Positions 30,344 through 40,006 are shown, numbered from the stretch's first letter. The stretch: DNA of 64,000 bases from Candidatus Limnocylindria bacterium (GCA_038227105.1 JBBRQB010000001.1:22867-86866), one strand, 5' to 3'. Translations and numbers: made by a program. The notes: a model not told the origin generated them from the sequence alone.

Positions 30344-31481
30344 CAAGCCGTTCCGGATGTCGCGTGACTTGAGAGGAGCTGGTCTCTTCAGGAGACCCCT
30401 CGCAGTGCTGTCCGCCGAGCCGGGTCGGTTTGAGGGAGAGGACCAATGGAACAAGGCACGGTGATTCTCGGCATCGATACCCATCGTGATCTCAACGTCG
30501 CCGTCGCGCTGAACGCCCACGGGCAGCAGCTCGGCGCACTCAGTGTTCCCACAACCCACGCTGGCCATGCCCAGTTGCTTTCCTGGGCGCGGTCCTTCGG
30601 CGCGATCGACCGCATCGGCATCGAGGGCACCGGCAGCTACGGCGCGGGCCTCTCGCGCTACCTCCAAGCGGCAGACCTTCGGGTCCTCGAAGTCGACCGG
30701 CCACAGCGACGCAACCCCCGGGCCGGCAAATCAGACCCACTCGACGCCGAGCGCGCGGCGCGAGCCGTGCTTGCGGGCGAGGTGCGCGTCCTGCCGAAAG
30801 GAGGCCACGGAACGGTGGAGAGCCTGCGGCTGTTATCGACCGCTCGCCGTGGTGCGATCAAGGCTCGCACCCAGGCCGCCAATCAGCTGCATGGGTTGGT
30901 CGTGACGGCGCCCGACGCGCTGCGCGCGCGGCTTCGGGATCTCACCGTCGCGCAGCTCGTCCAGCGTGCGGTCCGCTGGCGGATCGGCGTCGCCGACAGT
31001 CCACTGGAGGCTGCCCGGTTCGCGATCCGCGCAGTCGCTCGGCGCTATCAGGACCTCCTCCGCGAGGTCAAGGCGCTCGACGCGCAGCTGCAGCCGCTGG
31101 TCCGTGCAGTTGCCCCGGCGCTCCTTGCGGCCAGTGGGGTCGGCTACGAGACGGCGGCCACCTTGCTCGTGGCGGCCGGCGACAACGCCGCGCGACTGCG
31201 CACCGAAGCCGCCTTCGCCAACCTGTGCGGCGTCGCGCCGATCCCGGCGAGCTCAGGCAGGACGGTACGGCACCGCTTGAATCGTCTCGGCGATCGCCAG
31301 GCGAACCGCGCGCTGTTCCTTATCGTGCTCGGCCGGATGCATCGTGATCAGCGCACTCGCGCGTACGTGAGCCGTCGCACCGCCGAGGGTCTCTCGAAGC
31401 CGGAGATCATGCGCTGCCTCAAGCGCTACGTCGCGCGCGAGATCTTCCGGCTCTTGCCCAGAGCGACTTGACGATCAGAGG
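30230..31481 (+). mobile_element. IS110-family insertion sequence inserted inside the IS481 transposase gene
   Basis: 1.25 kb with no terminal inverted repeats. The transposase gene starts about 216 bp from the left end and stops 10 bp from the right end, the typical IS110 layout. Flanking IS481 coding sequence rejoins as ..VWQY|TMVDGACSFGF.. Confidence 0.7.
30446..31471 (+). CDS. IS110-family transposase (DEDD type), apparently intact
   Basis: 341 aa; N-terminal MEQGTVILGIDTHRDLNVAVAL (DEDD_Tnp_IS110), central ..GIEGTGSYGAGLSRYL.., C-terminal ..AFANLCGVAPIPASSGRTVRHRLNRLGDRQANRALF.. (transposase_20). Confidence 0.85.
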   Translation: MEQGTVILGIDTHRDLNVAVALNAHGQQLGALSVPTTHAGHAQLLSWARSFGAIDRIGIEGTGSYGAGLSRYLQAADLRVLEVDRPQRRNPRAGKSDPLDAERAARAVLAGEVRVLPKGGHGTVESLRLLSTARRGAIKARTQAANQLHGLVVTAPDALRARLRDLTVAQLVQRAVRWRIGVADSPLEAARFAIRAVARRYQDLLREVKALDAQLQPLVRAVAPALLAASGVGYETAATLLVAAGDNAARLRTEAAFANLCGVAPIPASSGRTVRHRLNRLGDRQANRALFLIVLGRMHRDQRTRAYVSRRTAEGLSKPEIMRCLKRYVAREIFRLLPRAT

Positions 31482-31490
31482 AGCATCACG

Positions 31491-31988
31491 ATGGTCGATG
31501 GGGCCTGCAGCTTCGGCTTCGCCCGAGCCCAGGGTGGCCGCAAGAGTGCCAAGAGCATGGCCCGGTTCCTGATCGAGGATGTTGCGCCGGTGTACCGCGA
31601 GGCCAAGATCCGGCTCGTGCGGATCAACACCGACGGCGGACCGGAGTTCGGCCGGGCGTTCACCCGGGCCTGCTTGGACCTGGGGATCGAGCACCACCGG
31701 CTGCCACCGCGCTCGCCTGACCTCAACGCCTTCGTCGAGCGGTTCCAGGGGACCTGCCTGCACCTGCACTACCGGACCGCGTTCCGCTATCGCTACTACC
31801 AATCGGCCCACGACATCGACCGCGACCTCGCGGCCTGGCTGCGCCACTACAACTTCGAGCGGCCGCACCGCGGCTACCGCACCCGGGGTCGTCGCCCGGC
31901 GGAGCTCTTCTATGCGCATCGACCGGGCCTGCTGAAGATGAAAGGATGGGACCTCAATGAGCTCACCCTCACGCCGAAAGCTGTCTAG
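31491..31988 (+). pseudogene. IS481-family transposase, C-terminal fragment (rve/DDE domain)
   Basis: ..IRLVRINTDGGPEFGRAFTRACLDLGIEHHRLPPRSPDLNAFVERFQGTCL..YNFERPHRGY.. carries the D and E of the DDE triad. Confidence 0.75.
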
Positions 31989-32015
31989 CAGGAACGTGGG
32001 CCCCACGGTCTAGAC

Positions 32016-33213
32016 GGGCGAGCAGCTGGTCAGGCGCGAGCAGCGCCGTGCGGGCCGCGGCGAGCTCGATGGCGAGCGGGAGTCCGTCGAGACGCCGGCA
32101 GATCTCTTCGACGGCCGCGAACGGCTCGACCTGTGCTGCGCGCACGAGGAACAGCGCGACGGCGTCATCGTTCGGGAGTGGCTCGACCGCATCCACCGAC
32201 TCACCCGCGATCCGGAGCGGCTCACGGCTCGTCACGAGAACGTGAACGTGCTCCGTTCCGGCGAGGATCGCCGCTACCACGTTCGCCGCGCCGATCAGGT
32301 GCTCGAAATTGTCGAGCAGCAGCAGCATCCGCTTACCCGCGAGATGGTCGATCAGCTCCGCTTTCGCGCCGAGCACGTTAGCGATCGTCGATTCGACGAG
32401 CTCGGGATCGCGCAGCCCTTGCAGCGGAACCCACCACACCCCCTGCGGGAACGCCTCGACCGCTTCGCTAGCGAGCTGAAGCGCGAGCCTCGTTTTACCG
32501 GAGCCGCCGGCGCCGACCAACGTCACGAGCCGATGCTCACGCAGCAGTCGTCCGCCCTGCTCGAGCTCCCGCTGGCGCCCGACGAGCGGTGACGGCTGGA
32601 CCGGAAGGTTCGTCTGATTGAGGCTCTTGAGCGGCGGAAACGTACCGTCGCCGAGCTGCCAGAGCTGTTCTGGCATCGCGAGGTCCTTCAGTCGGTGCGC
32701 GCCGAGTGACCGGAGGTCCACTCCGGCGGCGAGCCGCGTTGCGTCCGAGACGACCACCTGGCCACCGTGGCCCGCGGCCGCGATCCGCGCTGCCTTGTGT
32801 ACGTCGCGACCCACGTAGCCCTCGCCGGTCAGCAGCGGTTCGCCCGTGTGTACGCCGATCCGCACGTGAATGGGGCCGCTCGCGAGCGCGGCAGACGCGT
32901 CACTTGCCGCCGCGAGCGCGCCAGACGCGGTCGGAAACGCGACGAAGAACGCATCGCCCTGCGTATCCACTTCGACACCGCCGTGTTGCGCGAACGCCTT
33001 TCGCAGCACCCGCCGGTGCTCCGCGAGCGCCTCGGCGTACCGCGTCGCCGCCAGCTCGTGAAGCAGCCGCGTTGAGCCCTCAATATCCGTGAAGAGGAAG
33101 GTGACGGTCCCGGATGGCAGCTCAGCCACATGCTGCTCCCGACGAACGATCGCCGGCGGTACCTGCGACGAAGACCCGCATCGCGCCAGACTAGGTGACG
33201 GCCGACAGGACAT
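32016..33213 (-). pseudogene. N-terminal fragment of the disrupted regulator: class III adenylate/guanylate cyclase domain plus P-loop NTPase (NB-ARC-like)
   Basis: TVTFLFTDIEGSTRL...HGGVEVDTQGDAFFVAFP...IHVRIGVHTGEP (cyclase homology domain), then LVGAGGSGKTRLALQLA (Walker A) and ..GLPLAIELAAAR.. The frame runs into the IS481 right end. Confidence 0.8.
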
Positions 33214-33309
33214 CGTGCAGTGACAAACCGACAGCAGATCGCGAGGCGTCCTGCTGATCGTCCCAGTAGCCGTGCAGAAGCGCTTCGCTGCTGTTCGTGC
33301 GGCCGCCCA

Positions 33310-34479
33310 TCACTGCGTGCCGAGCGCCCGCGATAGGAGCACGCGTCGCGTACGGGCGGACGTCTTGGCGAAGATCGACTTCAGGTGATCTTGAATGGTG
33401 TGCTCCGTCACGAGCATGCGCCGGGCGAGCTCCCGACTGTCACTTCCCTGCGCCAGATACCCGAGCAGCTCGGCCTCGCGAGCGGTGAGCGCCGATGCGC
33501 GGGCGAACATGTCCAGCCGGTCCACCGGGGAGGTCTCCTCGATCGTCACGGCGATGCCGCCTGCGGCCGAGGATCCGGGCACGCCGAGACGGGCCGCGCG
33601 CAGTGTGACCCAGAAGCCACCCGCGAGGTGCACGCGGGCCGAGGCCCGGCCGTCATCGACACCACCCTCGACCGCGAGCAGCTGCGCCGCGACGTTGTAG
33701 ACGCTCGCGGACATCGGTGGCTGCCCTTCGGGAACGGGCACGAGCACGCGTAGCCACGCTTGCGTCGCGACCGTCTCGCCCAGGATCGTCAGGTCGTCGT
33801 CGAGCAAGACGACCACTGGACCGAGATCCCGTTTCTCCGGCACGGCCGGAGCGACGAAGGTTCGAGCCTGGCATTCCCGTAGAGCGCGTGTCACGGTGGG
33901 CGAGATCTCCTCCAGCGCCGCAGCGTCGTCGTCGCCGAACGGCGGTCGGCCCTCCCCGCGCCAAAGGTCCACGAAGCCCCAGGAGCCCGATCGGTCAGCG
34001 AACACAGCAGACGCGACATCGACGATCTGATAGCGGCTGAGCAGCTCCCGCCAGACAAGGCTCTTGGTCCGGTCGCCGTTCGTGGCCTTCCAGAGGAGTC
34101 CGACGGATGGCTTCTGCGCGGCGAGCGTCGTCCAACGGTTCACGGCAGAGAGGTACTTGAGCTTGATCAGCGTCGGCAACTCGGGCAGACACGGCACGTC
34201 CGCGAGCGGCGCGGATCCCACTCCTGTGTCCGGATCGGTCAGGAGCCAGACGTAGGCATCGAACGGGATGTCCGTACGCAGGGCCTGGAGCACCTCGTGA
34301 CGCAGCGTCCTCCCATCCGTGGCGGCTCCGCAGATCGCCTTGATCCGCTCGCGCAGACGCGCCCGGGCAGTGCGGCTGGTCACGCTCCTGAGTATCCGCC
34401 AGCCCCACGGGCGATGAGGACCCCACATCTTTGGGATGGCGCCCGGCGCACGCGTGCCTCTACCGTCGCACATCTGCAC
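33310..34479 (-). CDS. LuxR-family transcriptional regulator with an uncharacterised N-terminal sensory domain
   Basis: C-terminal HTH ..LTAREAELLGYLAQGSDSRELARRMLVTEHTIQDHLKSIFAKTSARTRRVLL. Start uncertain; the MWGPH.. alternative lies 17 codons in. Confidence 0.7.
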   Translation of the reverse strand: MQMCDGRGTRAPGAIPKMWGPHRPWGWRILRSVTSRTARARLRERIKAICGAATDGRTLRHEVLQALRTDIPFDAYVWLLTDPDTGVGSAPLADVPCLPELPTLIKLKYLSAVNRWTTLAAQKPSVGLLWKATNGDRTKSLVWRELLSRYQIVDVASAVFADRSGSWGFVDLWRGEGRPPFGDDDAAALEEISPTVTRALRECQARTFVAPAVPEKRDLGPVVVLLDDDLTILGETVATQAWLRVLVPVPEGQPPMSASVYNVAAQLLAVEGGVDDGRASARVHLAGGFWVTLRAARLGVPGSSAAGGIAVTIEETSPVDRLDMFARASALTAREAELLGYLAQGSDSRELARRMLVTEHTIQDHLKSIFAKTSARTRRVLLSRALGTQ

Positions 34480-34499
34480 GGCAACAAGGAGAACGCCTC

Positions 34500-34793
34500 A
34501 TGATCACTCTGCACATCGAGCACCCGGTCCGAGACTTCGACGCGTGGAAGAGCGCGTTCGACAGCGATCCCGCGGGCCGCGACCGGTCGGGCGTCCGTCG
34601 GTATGTGATCAGCAGACCCGTCGATCAACCACGCTACGTGATGATCGACCTCGAATTCGATGATCGGGACCATGCCGAAGCGATGCTCCAGGTGCTCCAG
34701 ACCGTGTGGCGATCGCCGCAGGCGAAAGCCGCCGTGGACGGAGAGATCCGGACCGTGATCTTCGAACAGGTGGAGGTCAGCCGACCGCGCTGA
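34500..34793 (+). CDS. Small hypothetical protein (97 aa)
   Basis: ATG 34500 preceded by AAGGAGA. MITLHIEHPVRDFDAWKSAFDSDPAGRDRSGVRRYVISRPVDQPRYVMIDLEFDDRDHAEAMLQVLQTVW; no family recognised. The listed 34431 start adds an R-rich leader. Confidence 0.5.
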   Translation: MITLHIEHPVRDFDAWKSAFDSDPAGRDRSGVRRYVISRPVDQPRYVMIDLEFDDRDHAEAMLQVLQTVWRSPQAKAAVDGEIRTVIFEQVEVSRPR

Positions 34794-34806
34794 CCGCGGG
34801 ATCTGC

Positions 34807-35400
34807 TCAGGCGTCCGGGTGGGTGCTCAGCTCCGTGGCCGTGGCGGTGTGTCGCGCCGTGACGTGCTGTACATCTGCCTCGCTTAGTCCGGGCAGGGGG
34901 TAGCCGCAGAGCAATGAGATCGGGTGGTGACCGAGCAGGTCGTTCCACAGATCTTCGACCGCAAGAGCCGCGCTCGGCCGACCATGCGCCCAGAGGACCG
35001 CGACCATCTCACCGAACGCGCGGACGATGGGGACCGGCGCCTGGCGTCGCGCCCGCTCCAGCGTTCCGCCGACCACGCCAACGAACCGGCCGCGATCGGG
35101 GCGGTCACCCTCCATGAATTCGCTCAGGGTCTTCACCGCATCCAGGCCGATGAGCCGACCGTCGCGACGCACCTCGTCCAGATCGATGCCGCGGGCAGCC
35201 AGCTCGACGTCAATGAGGTCAGCGTGCTTCGGAGTGGCGATCACGACAGCCGCCTCGCCGGCGACGATCCCCGGCGCGAGGAAATCGACCACCCGATCCA
35301 CCAGGAACCGGCTGTGCTCGTAGTACTGCACTTCGTGGCCGTGACCTCTGGCCACGAGATCGCTCATTGTCGTGGCGCCGGGGGTCGCTTTCGGATCCAT
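34807..35400 (-). CDS. MEDS-domain protein (DcmR-like sensory domain), stand-alone
   Basis: ..GHGHEVQYYEHSRFLVDRVVDFLAPGIVAGEAAVVIATPKHADLIDVELAARGIDLDEVRRDGRLIGLDAVKTLSEFM.. matches the MEDS signature. Start uncertain (MDPK.. or MSDL..). Confidence 0.6.
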   Translation of the reverse strand: MDPKATPGATTMSDLVARGHGHEVQYYEHSRFLVDRVVDFLAPGIVAGEAAVVIATPKHADLIDVELAARGIDLDEVRRDGRLIGLDAVKTLSEFMEGDRPDRGRFVGVVGGTLERARRQAPVPIVRAFGEMVAVLWAHGRPSAALAVEDLWNDLLGHHPISLLCGYPLPGLSEADVQHVTARHTATATELSTHPDA

Positions 35401-35517
35401 TCGCTCAAAGCGTATCCGCTGTGGCGAGCCACAGGCGAGCCGCCAAGCAACGGTTCTGCAACTTCCTCGGTGCGCCGGCCGCGGCCCGTGGCTTCGGGCC
35501 GCGGCGGCACACACGGA

Positions 35518-35673
35518 TCAGACGGCGCGAGTGCGACCGATGCCGAGGAAGTGAAGGATGACGACGATCACGGCAACGACCAGCAGCACGTGGACGAGCG
35601 CGCCGAGCGTCGGCAGGGCAATGAGTCCGATGAGCCAGAGAACCGCGATGACCGCGGCGATCATGAGCAGCAT
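35518..35673 (-). CDS. Small two-TM membrane protein (51 aa), lmo0937-like family; below the ORF-track length cutoff
   Basis: Hand translation gives MLLMIAAVIAVLWLIGLIALPTLGALVHVLLVVAVIVVILHFLGIGRTRAV. RBS GAAAGGAGG lies 8 nt upstream of the ATG at 35673. Confidence 0.55.
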   Translation of the reverse strand: MLLMIAAVIAVLWLIGLIALPTLGALVHVLLVVAVIVVILHFLGIGRTRAV

Positions 35674-35887
35674 GTGGGGTACCTCCTTTCAGGGGGCTGA
35701 TGCGTCAGCGGCGCTGACGAGATGACAAGACAGTCCATAGCCGGTCTCCAGGCACGACCCGTGCCGACCGAACGAGCCCAGGCTGACGGTCCTGTAACGG
35801 AGCGCGCGGTCCCTGTCGGCGCCCCGGAAACGGTGAATTACAGTCCGTCGGGCCGCCGCGCGGCCCAGGTGAAAGTGATGGACGGGC

Positions 35888-36682
35888 GTGTCGCGGTTCG
35901 CGATCGATGCGGGTGCCGACAGGCTCACCGCGTTCCTGCGGTCGGGCAGCAGCGACATCGGCGGACTTCTCGCCGCGCTCGTCGTCGCGATGTTCCTCGG
36001 TGCGCTGCACGCACTCGGTCCGGGTCACGGCAAGGCGATGGTCGCGGCCTACCTTGTCGGATCGCGCGGGACCGCATCCCAGGCGGTCGTTCTCGGATCC
36101 ACGGTCACGGTGACGCACACGCTCGGCGTGTACGCGCTCGGGGCCGTCACGCTGGTCGCCGCGCAGTACGTCCTGCCCGAGCGGCTGTACCCGGTGCTCG
36201 GCGTGGTGTCCGGCGTCTTGGTGGTTGTCATCGGCCTCGGCCTGCTGCGAAGCCGCTGGAGCGGCCTTCGGCCGACTCACGGGCAGGGGCATGATGCTGC
36301 TCCGCATCATCACGACCACGGTGACGGACCGGGCCAGCACCGGCATGACCGTCCAGTGGGGCTCCGCGGACTGCTCGCGCTCGGGATCTCCGGCGGTCTC
36401 TTGCCATGCCCCACCGCCCTCGTCGTCCTGCTCGCGGCGGTCTCGTTCCACAACGTCGTGCTCGGGATGATCCTGGTCGCGGCGTTCAGCGTTGGCCTGG
36501 CCGTCGTGCTCACCTCGATCGGCCTCGCGTTCGTCTGGGGACAACGTGCCATCGGCCGGTACCCATCGGCCGCGCGGCTCAAGGGGTCGGCCCTGCTGCG
36601 CGCGCTTCCGGTGCTGTCCGCGTTCGCGATCACGATCGCGGGTCTGATCATCGCGCTCAGCGCGGCCCGAGGATTCGCCTAA
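35888..36682 (+). CDS. rcnA: Nickel/cobalt efflux transporter (NicO/RcnA family)
   Basis: HALGPGHGKAMVAAYLVG (HxxxPGHGK signature), a His-rich loop HGQGHDAAPHHHDHGDGPGQHRHDRP, and a second half-repeat ..GGLLPCPTALVVLLAAVSFH.. Confidence 0.8.
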   Translation: MSRFAIDAGADRLTAFLRSGSSDIGGLLAALVVAMFLGALHALGPGHGKAMVAAYLVGSRGTASQAVVLGSTVTVTHTLGVYALGAVTLVAAQYVLPERLYPVLGVVSGVLVVVIGLGLLRSRWSGLRPTHGQGHDAAPHHHDHGDGPGQHRHDRPVGLRGLLALGISGGLLPCPTALVVLLAAVSFHNVVLGMILVAAFSVGLAVVLTSIGLAFVWGQRAIGRYPSAARLKGSALLRALPVLSAFAITIAGLIIALSAARGFA

Positions 36683-36757
36683 GACCTGTGACGGATCCGT
36701 CATGACCGGAAGTCGCCGCGACCGTACGGTCTGATCATCTCAGACCTGCTCGCCTTC

Positions 36758-37768
36758 GTGGCGTTGCTTGAGGCAATCGTCCTGACCGCTCTCGTCGTCG
36801 CGATCCTCGGGCATGCTGTCTGGGCCGCGAGGGGAGACCGTTTGCTCGAGCGACGGATGCGGATCGGTCGGCCGCTGCTCGGCGCCCTGCTGGACCGGCC
36901 TGCTGATGAGCCGCGGATCCGGATCCTCCGACGCCTCGGACGCCGCGCACAGATCCGGCTATTCGCCGAGCTCGAGCCGCGCACCGAGGTCGCACAGCAG
37001 GACGCGGTGCGCGACGTGGCGTCCCGCCTCGGCATCGTCGCCCGCGCCGCGCGAGGATGCCGGAGCCGGTGGTGGTGGCGCCGTCTGTACGCGACCCGCC
37101 TGCTGACGCTCGTGGATGGCGGCGCGTACATCATGCCGGCGCTGATCCACGACCCTGATCAGCTCGTGCGGACGCAGGTCGCCGAGTGGGCCGCCTTGCA
37201 TCCGGATGCCCCCACGCTCGTCGCGTTGATCGGCCTGCTCGACGATCCAACGGGGATCGCGCGGTTCGCGGTGATGGACACGCTGTTGCGGATCGGGCCG
37301 CCCGCGGTGCCGGCACTCGTGCTGGGACTCGCGTATGTCGGACCCGCGGGGATCGCGAGCGCGCTGCTCGTCGGCGCGCGGCTCGCCGCTCCCGAGCTCC
37401 TCGAGCCTGGACTCACGTACGCCGTGCACCCGGACGCGGCCGTTCGTGCGGCGGCCGCGGCGGTCCTGGGCGCGCTCGGCGGCCTCGACGCGGTCAGGAT
37501 GCTGGGAAACCTGCTCGATGATCCAGAGGCGGAGGTCCGCCAGGCGGCCTCTCGCGGTCTAGGCGAGCTCGGGCACTGGCAGAGCGCGGCGGCGCTCCTG
37601 CCGCTGCTGGGCGACCCGACATTCCCAGTCCGGCGCGAGACGGCCATCGCACTGACCGCGATGGGGGACCCGGGCGCGGACATCCTGCGGAGGGCCCTCG
37701 GCGGACTCGATCGCTTCGCCGCGGATATCGCCAGACAGGCGCTCGGCGCCGCCGCGGAGGGATCCTGA
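36758..37768 (+). CDS. HEAT-repeat (PBS-lyase-like) protein with an N-terminal TM helix
   Basis: N-terminal LEAIVLTALVVAILGHAVWAA, then repeated ..DPDAAVRAAAAAVLGALG.., ..LLDDPEAEVRQAASRGLGELG.., ..LLGDPTFPVRRETAIALTAMG.. Confidence 0.65.
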   Translation: MALLEAIVLTALVVAILGHAVWAARGDRLLERRMRIGRPLLGALLDRPADEPRIRILRRLGRRAQIRLFAELEPRTEVAQQDAVRDVASRLGIVARAARGCRSRWWWRRLYATRLLTLVDGGAYIMPALIHDPDQLVRTQVAEWAALHPDAPTLVALIGLLDDPTGIARFAVMDTLLRIGPPAVPALVLGLAYVGPAGIASALLVGARLAAPELLEPGLTYAVHPDAAVRAAAAAVLGALGGLDAVRMLGNLLDDPEAEVRQAASRGLGELGHWQSAAALLPLLGDPTFPVRRETAIALTAMGDPGADILRRALGGLDRFAADIARQALGAAAEGS

Positions 37769-37812
37769 GCCCCGGCGACACCGTCGGTGCGGCGCTGGCC
37801 AATCTGGACGCG

Positions 37813-39201
37813 GTGATCCTCGTGTACTTCCTCGTCGCCAACGCGTTCTACGCGGCGCTCATCGCGAGCTCCGCGCTCGATCTCTGGGTGCACGTCCGCC
37901 AGGTGCGTGGCGAGTCGCGGTGGCTCGTCCTGGAGTCGCCTATCGCGCCGCGGGTGACCGTTCTCTCGCCGGCGCACAACGAAGCGGCCACCATCGTGGC
38001 GAGCGTCGATGCCTGCCTGAGCCTGCGTTACGCCAACCTGGAGATCATCGTCGTCAATGACGGCTCGACCGACGCGACCCTCGACGTCCTCCGCGAGCGT
38101 CTCGATCTCGAGCGCGTGCATCCCGTTGTCGACCGGCGCCTGAAGACGGCTCCGGTCCGTGCGCTGTTCCGATCCAGGAGCGACCCCACGGTGCTGGTGG
38201 TCGACAAGGAGAACGGCGGCCGCGCCGATGCCCTCAACGCCGGCCTCGACCTCGCGACGGGGGAGCTCGTGTGCGTGATCGATGCGGATACCCTCATCGA
38301 CGCCGACGGTCTGAGGCGCATGGTCCGTCCGTTCCTGCTCTCCGACGACGTGCTCGCTGCGGGTGGCACGATCCGGGTCGCGAATGGGTGCGTGGTCACC
38401 GACGGCCAGGTCGTGGATGTCCGCCTGCCGCGAAGCTTCGTCGGCGCGATGCAGGCGCTCGAGTATCTGCGCGCGTTCCTGATCGGTCGGCTCGGCTGGA
38501 ACAGGCTGGGCGGGAACCTCATCATCTCCGGCGCATTCGGGCTCTTTCGCCGTGAATCGATCGTGAGCGCCGGTGGATATACGAGCGACTCGGTCGGCGA
38601 GGACATGGAGCTTGTCGTGCGGCTCCGCCGCAACGCCTACGAGCAGGGCGGACCGACGCGCATCGATTTCATCCCAGACCCGGTCGCCTGGACCGAGGCG
38701 CCCGAGTCACTGCGGGTCCTCGGCGGTCAGCGCGAGCGGTGGCACCGCGGGCTCGCGGACACGCTCTGGCGCCATCGCCGTCTCCTGTTCAACCCGCGCT
38801 ACGGTGCGCTCGGCCTCGTGGGCTATCCCTACTTCCTCTTCGTCGAGCTGCTGGGGCCCGTCGTCGAAGCGGCGGGATTGGTGGGCGTGCTTGCGGGCTT
38901 CGCCGTCGGCGTGATCGACGCCCAATTCGCGCTGCTGTTCTTCGTCGTCGCGTACGGAATGGGCCTCACGCTCACATTCGTCTGCGTGCTGCTCGAGGCG
39001 GTGTCCTACCGCGGCTACCGGAGGTTCAAAGAGCCGGTCGCGCTTCTCGGCCTGGCGCTGCTCGAATCCTTCGGCTATCGGCAGCTGACCGTGCTCTGGC
39101 GGCTCAGCGGACTGATCGGCTATCTGCGACGGCGGAGCGACTGGGGAATGATGGAGCGACGAGGATTCGCCCCAGGCTCCGCGGAGCCGGCGAAGCTCTA
39201 G
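37813..39201 (+). CDS. Family-2 glycosyltransferase, processive membrane synthase type (PgaC / cellulose-synthase-like)
   Basis: VLSPAHNEAATIVASVDACLSLRYANLEIIVVNDGSTDAT (the conserved D), DADTLIDADGL (DxD), GGQRERWHRG (QxxRW), and multiple C-terminal TM helices. GTG start. Confidence 0.85.
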   Translation: MILVYFLVANAFYAALIASSALDLWVHVRQVRGESRWLVLESPIAPRVTVLSPAHNEAATIVASVDACLSLRYANLEIIVVNDGSTDATLDVLRERLDLERVHPVVDRRLKTAPVRALFRSRSDPTVLVVDKENGGRADALNAGLDLATGELVCVIDADTLIDADGLRRMVRPFLLSDDVLAAGGTIRVANGCVVTDGQVVDVRLPRSFVGAMQALEYLRAFLIGRLGWNRLGGNLIISGAFGLFRRESIVSAGGYTSDSVGEDMELVVRLRRNAYEQGGPTRIDFIPDPVAWTEAPESLRVLGGQRERWHRGLADTLWRHRRLLFNPRYGALGLVGYPYFLFVELLGPVVEAAGLVGVLAGFAVGVIDAQFALLFFVVAYGMGLTLTFVCVLLEAVSYRGYRRFKEPVALLGLALLESFGYRQLTVLWRLSGLIGYLRRRSDWGMMERRGFAPGSAEPAKL

Positions 39202-39289
39202 GTCGGGTATCACCTTGGTCCGAGATCGCCGGAATCGCGTGACGCTTGGTGTCATTGGGCTACGCTCGCGCTGAAGGCGGAGGGCACAT

Positions 39290-39988
39290 ATGAGGCGTTT
39301 CGGTATCTGCGCATTCGCGATCCTGCTTGCGGCCTGCGGTGGAGCGGCGTCCCCGTCCGCGCAGGGTCCCGCCTCGACCACGGCGGCAGTCGCGACGACG
39401 GCCGCGAACCAGGGTGCGACGACAGCGCCCGCGGCCCCGGCGACGTCATCCGGCCCGAACATCGCCGACATCCTGAAGGCCGGCAAGCTCACCTCGTACA
39501 AGGTCACCTACAAGTGGACGACGACGGCCGGCGGGCAGACCCAGACGGCCGAGCAGACCTGGTACTACAAGGCCCCGAAGGCCCGGTTCGATTTCTCGGC
39601 CGGTCCAGGCGCGACGTTCTCGGTCTACACGCTCGAGGATGGCACGTACGTCTGCACGAGCGCGTCCGGTCAGAGCTTCTGCCAGAAGGGCCCAGCCGGC
39701 AGCGGCCTCGACGCGAACCCCGCCGCCTCGTTCGGGCTCCAGTTGCAGGATCACCCCGATCAGTTCAACTCGAGCTTCACCGGCACGAAGTCGCTCGCGG
39801 GGCAGACCGCCCAATGCTATGGCGTGAAATCTCTGACCGGCGCCGCGTTCGGTGACGTCACGTCCTGCTATTCGTCGAGCGGTGTCCCGCTCTTCACGCA
39901 GATCAAGTCACAGGGCCAGGAATTCACGATGGAAGCGAGCAGCTTCAGCACGACCGTTTCCGACGCGGACTTCGTCGTCCCGAAATAG
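39290..39988 (+). CDS. Lipoprotein of unknown function (232 aa)
   Basis: RBS GGAGGG. MRRFGICAFAILLAACGG lipobox, T/A-rich linker, then a Cys-containing globular domain (..YVCTSASGQSFCQKG.. ..QCYGVKSLTGAAFGDVTSCYS..). Confidence 0.65.
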   Translation: MRRFGICAFAILLAACGGAASPSAQGPASTTAAVATTAANQGATTAPAAPATSSGPNIADILKAGKLTSYKVTYKWTTTAGGQTQTAEQTWYYKAPKARFDFSAGPGATFSVYTLEDGTYVCTSASGQSFCQKGPAGSGLDANPAASFGLQLQDHPDQFNSSFTGTKSLAGQTAQCYGVKSLTGAAFGDVTSCYSSSGVPLFTQIKSQGQEFTMEASSFSTTVSDADFVVPK

Positions 39989-40006
39989 CTGGGAGCCGGC
40001 GCTCGC

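Larger units (their letters stand above)
29559..32015 (+). mobile_element. IS481-family insertion sequence, itself interrupted by an IS110-family element
   Basis: Imperfect terminal inverted repeats GGTCTAGACCGTGCTGCCCACGTTC (left, 29558-) and GAACGTGGGCCCCACGGTCTAGAC (right, -32015). Both junctions sit in CTAG, the preferred IS481 target. Transposase N-terminal (HTH plus start of the rve domain, ..LFADTMYVGKLKGVGTVWQY) and C-terminal (..TDGGPEF..NAFVERFQGT..RPHRG) pieces are collinear with IS481-type DDE transposases. Confidence 0.75.

Noticed and set aside
35705-36703. 332-aa minus-strand ORF overlapping rcnA
   Set aside because: R/D/E-rich nonsense translation antisense to a clear NicO/RcnA gene.
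38707-39507. 266-aa minus ORF overlapping the GT2 3' end and the lipoprotein gene
   Set aside because: Antisense to two well-supported genes; Ala/Arg-rich.
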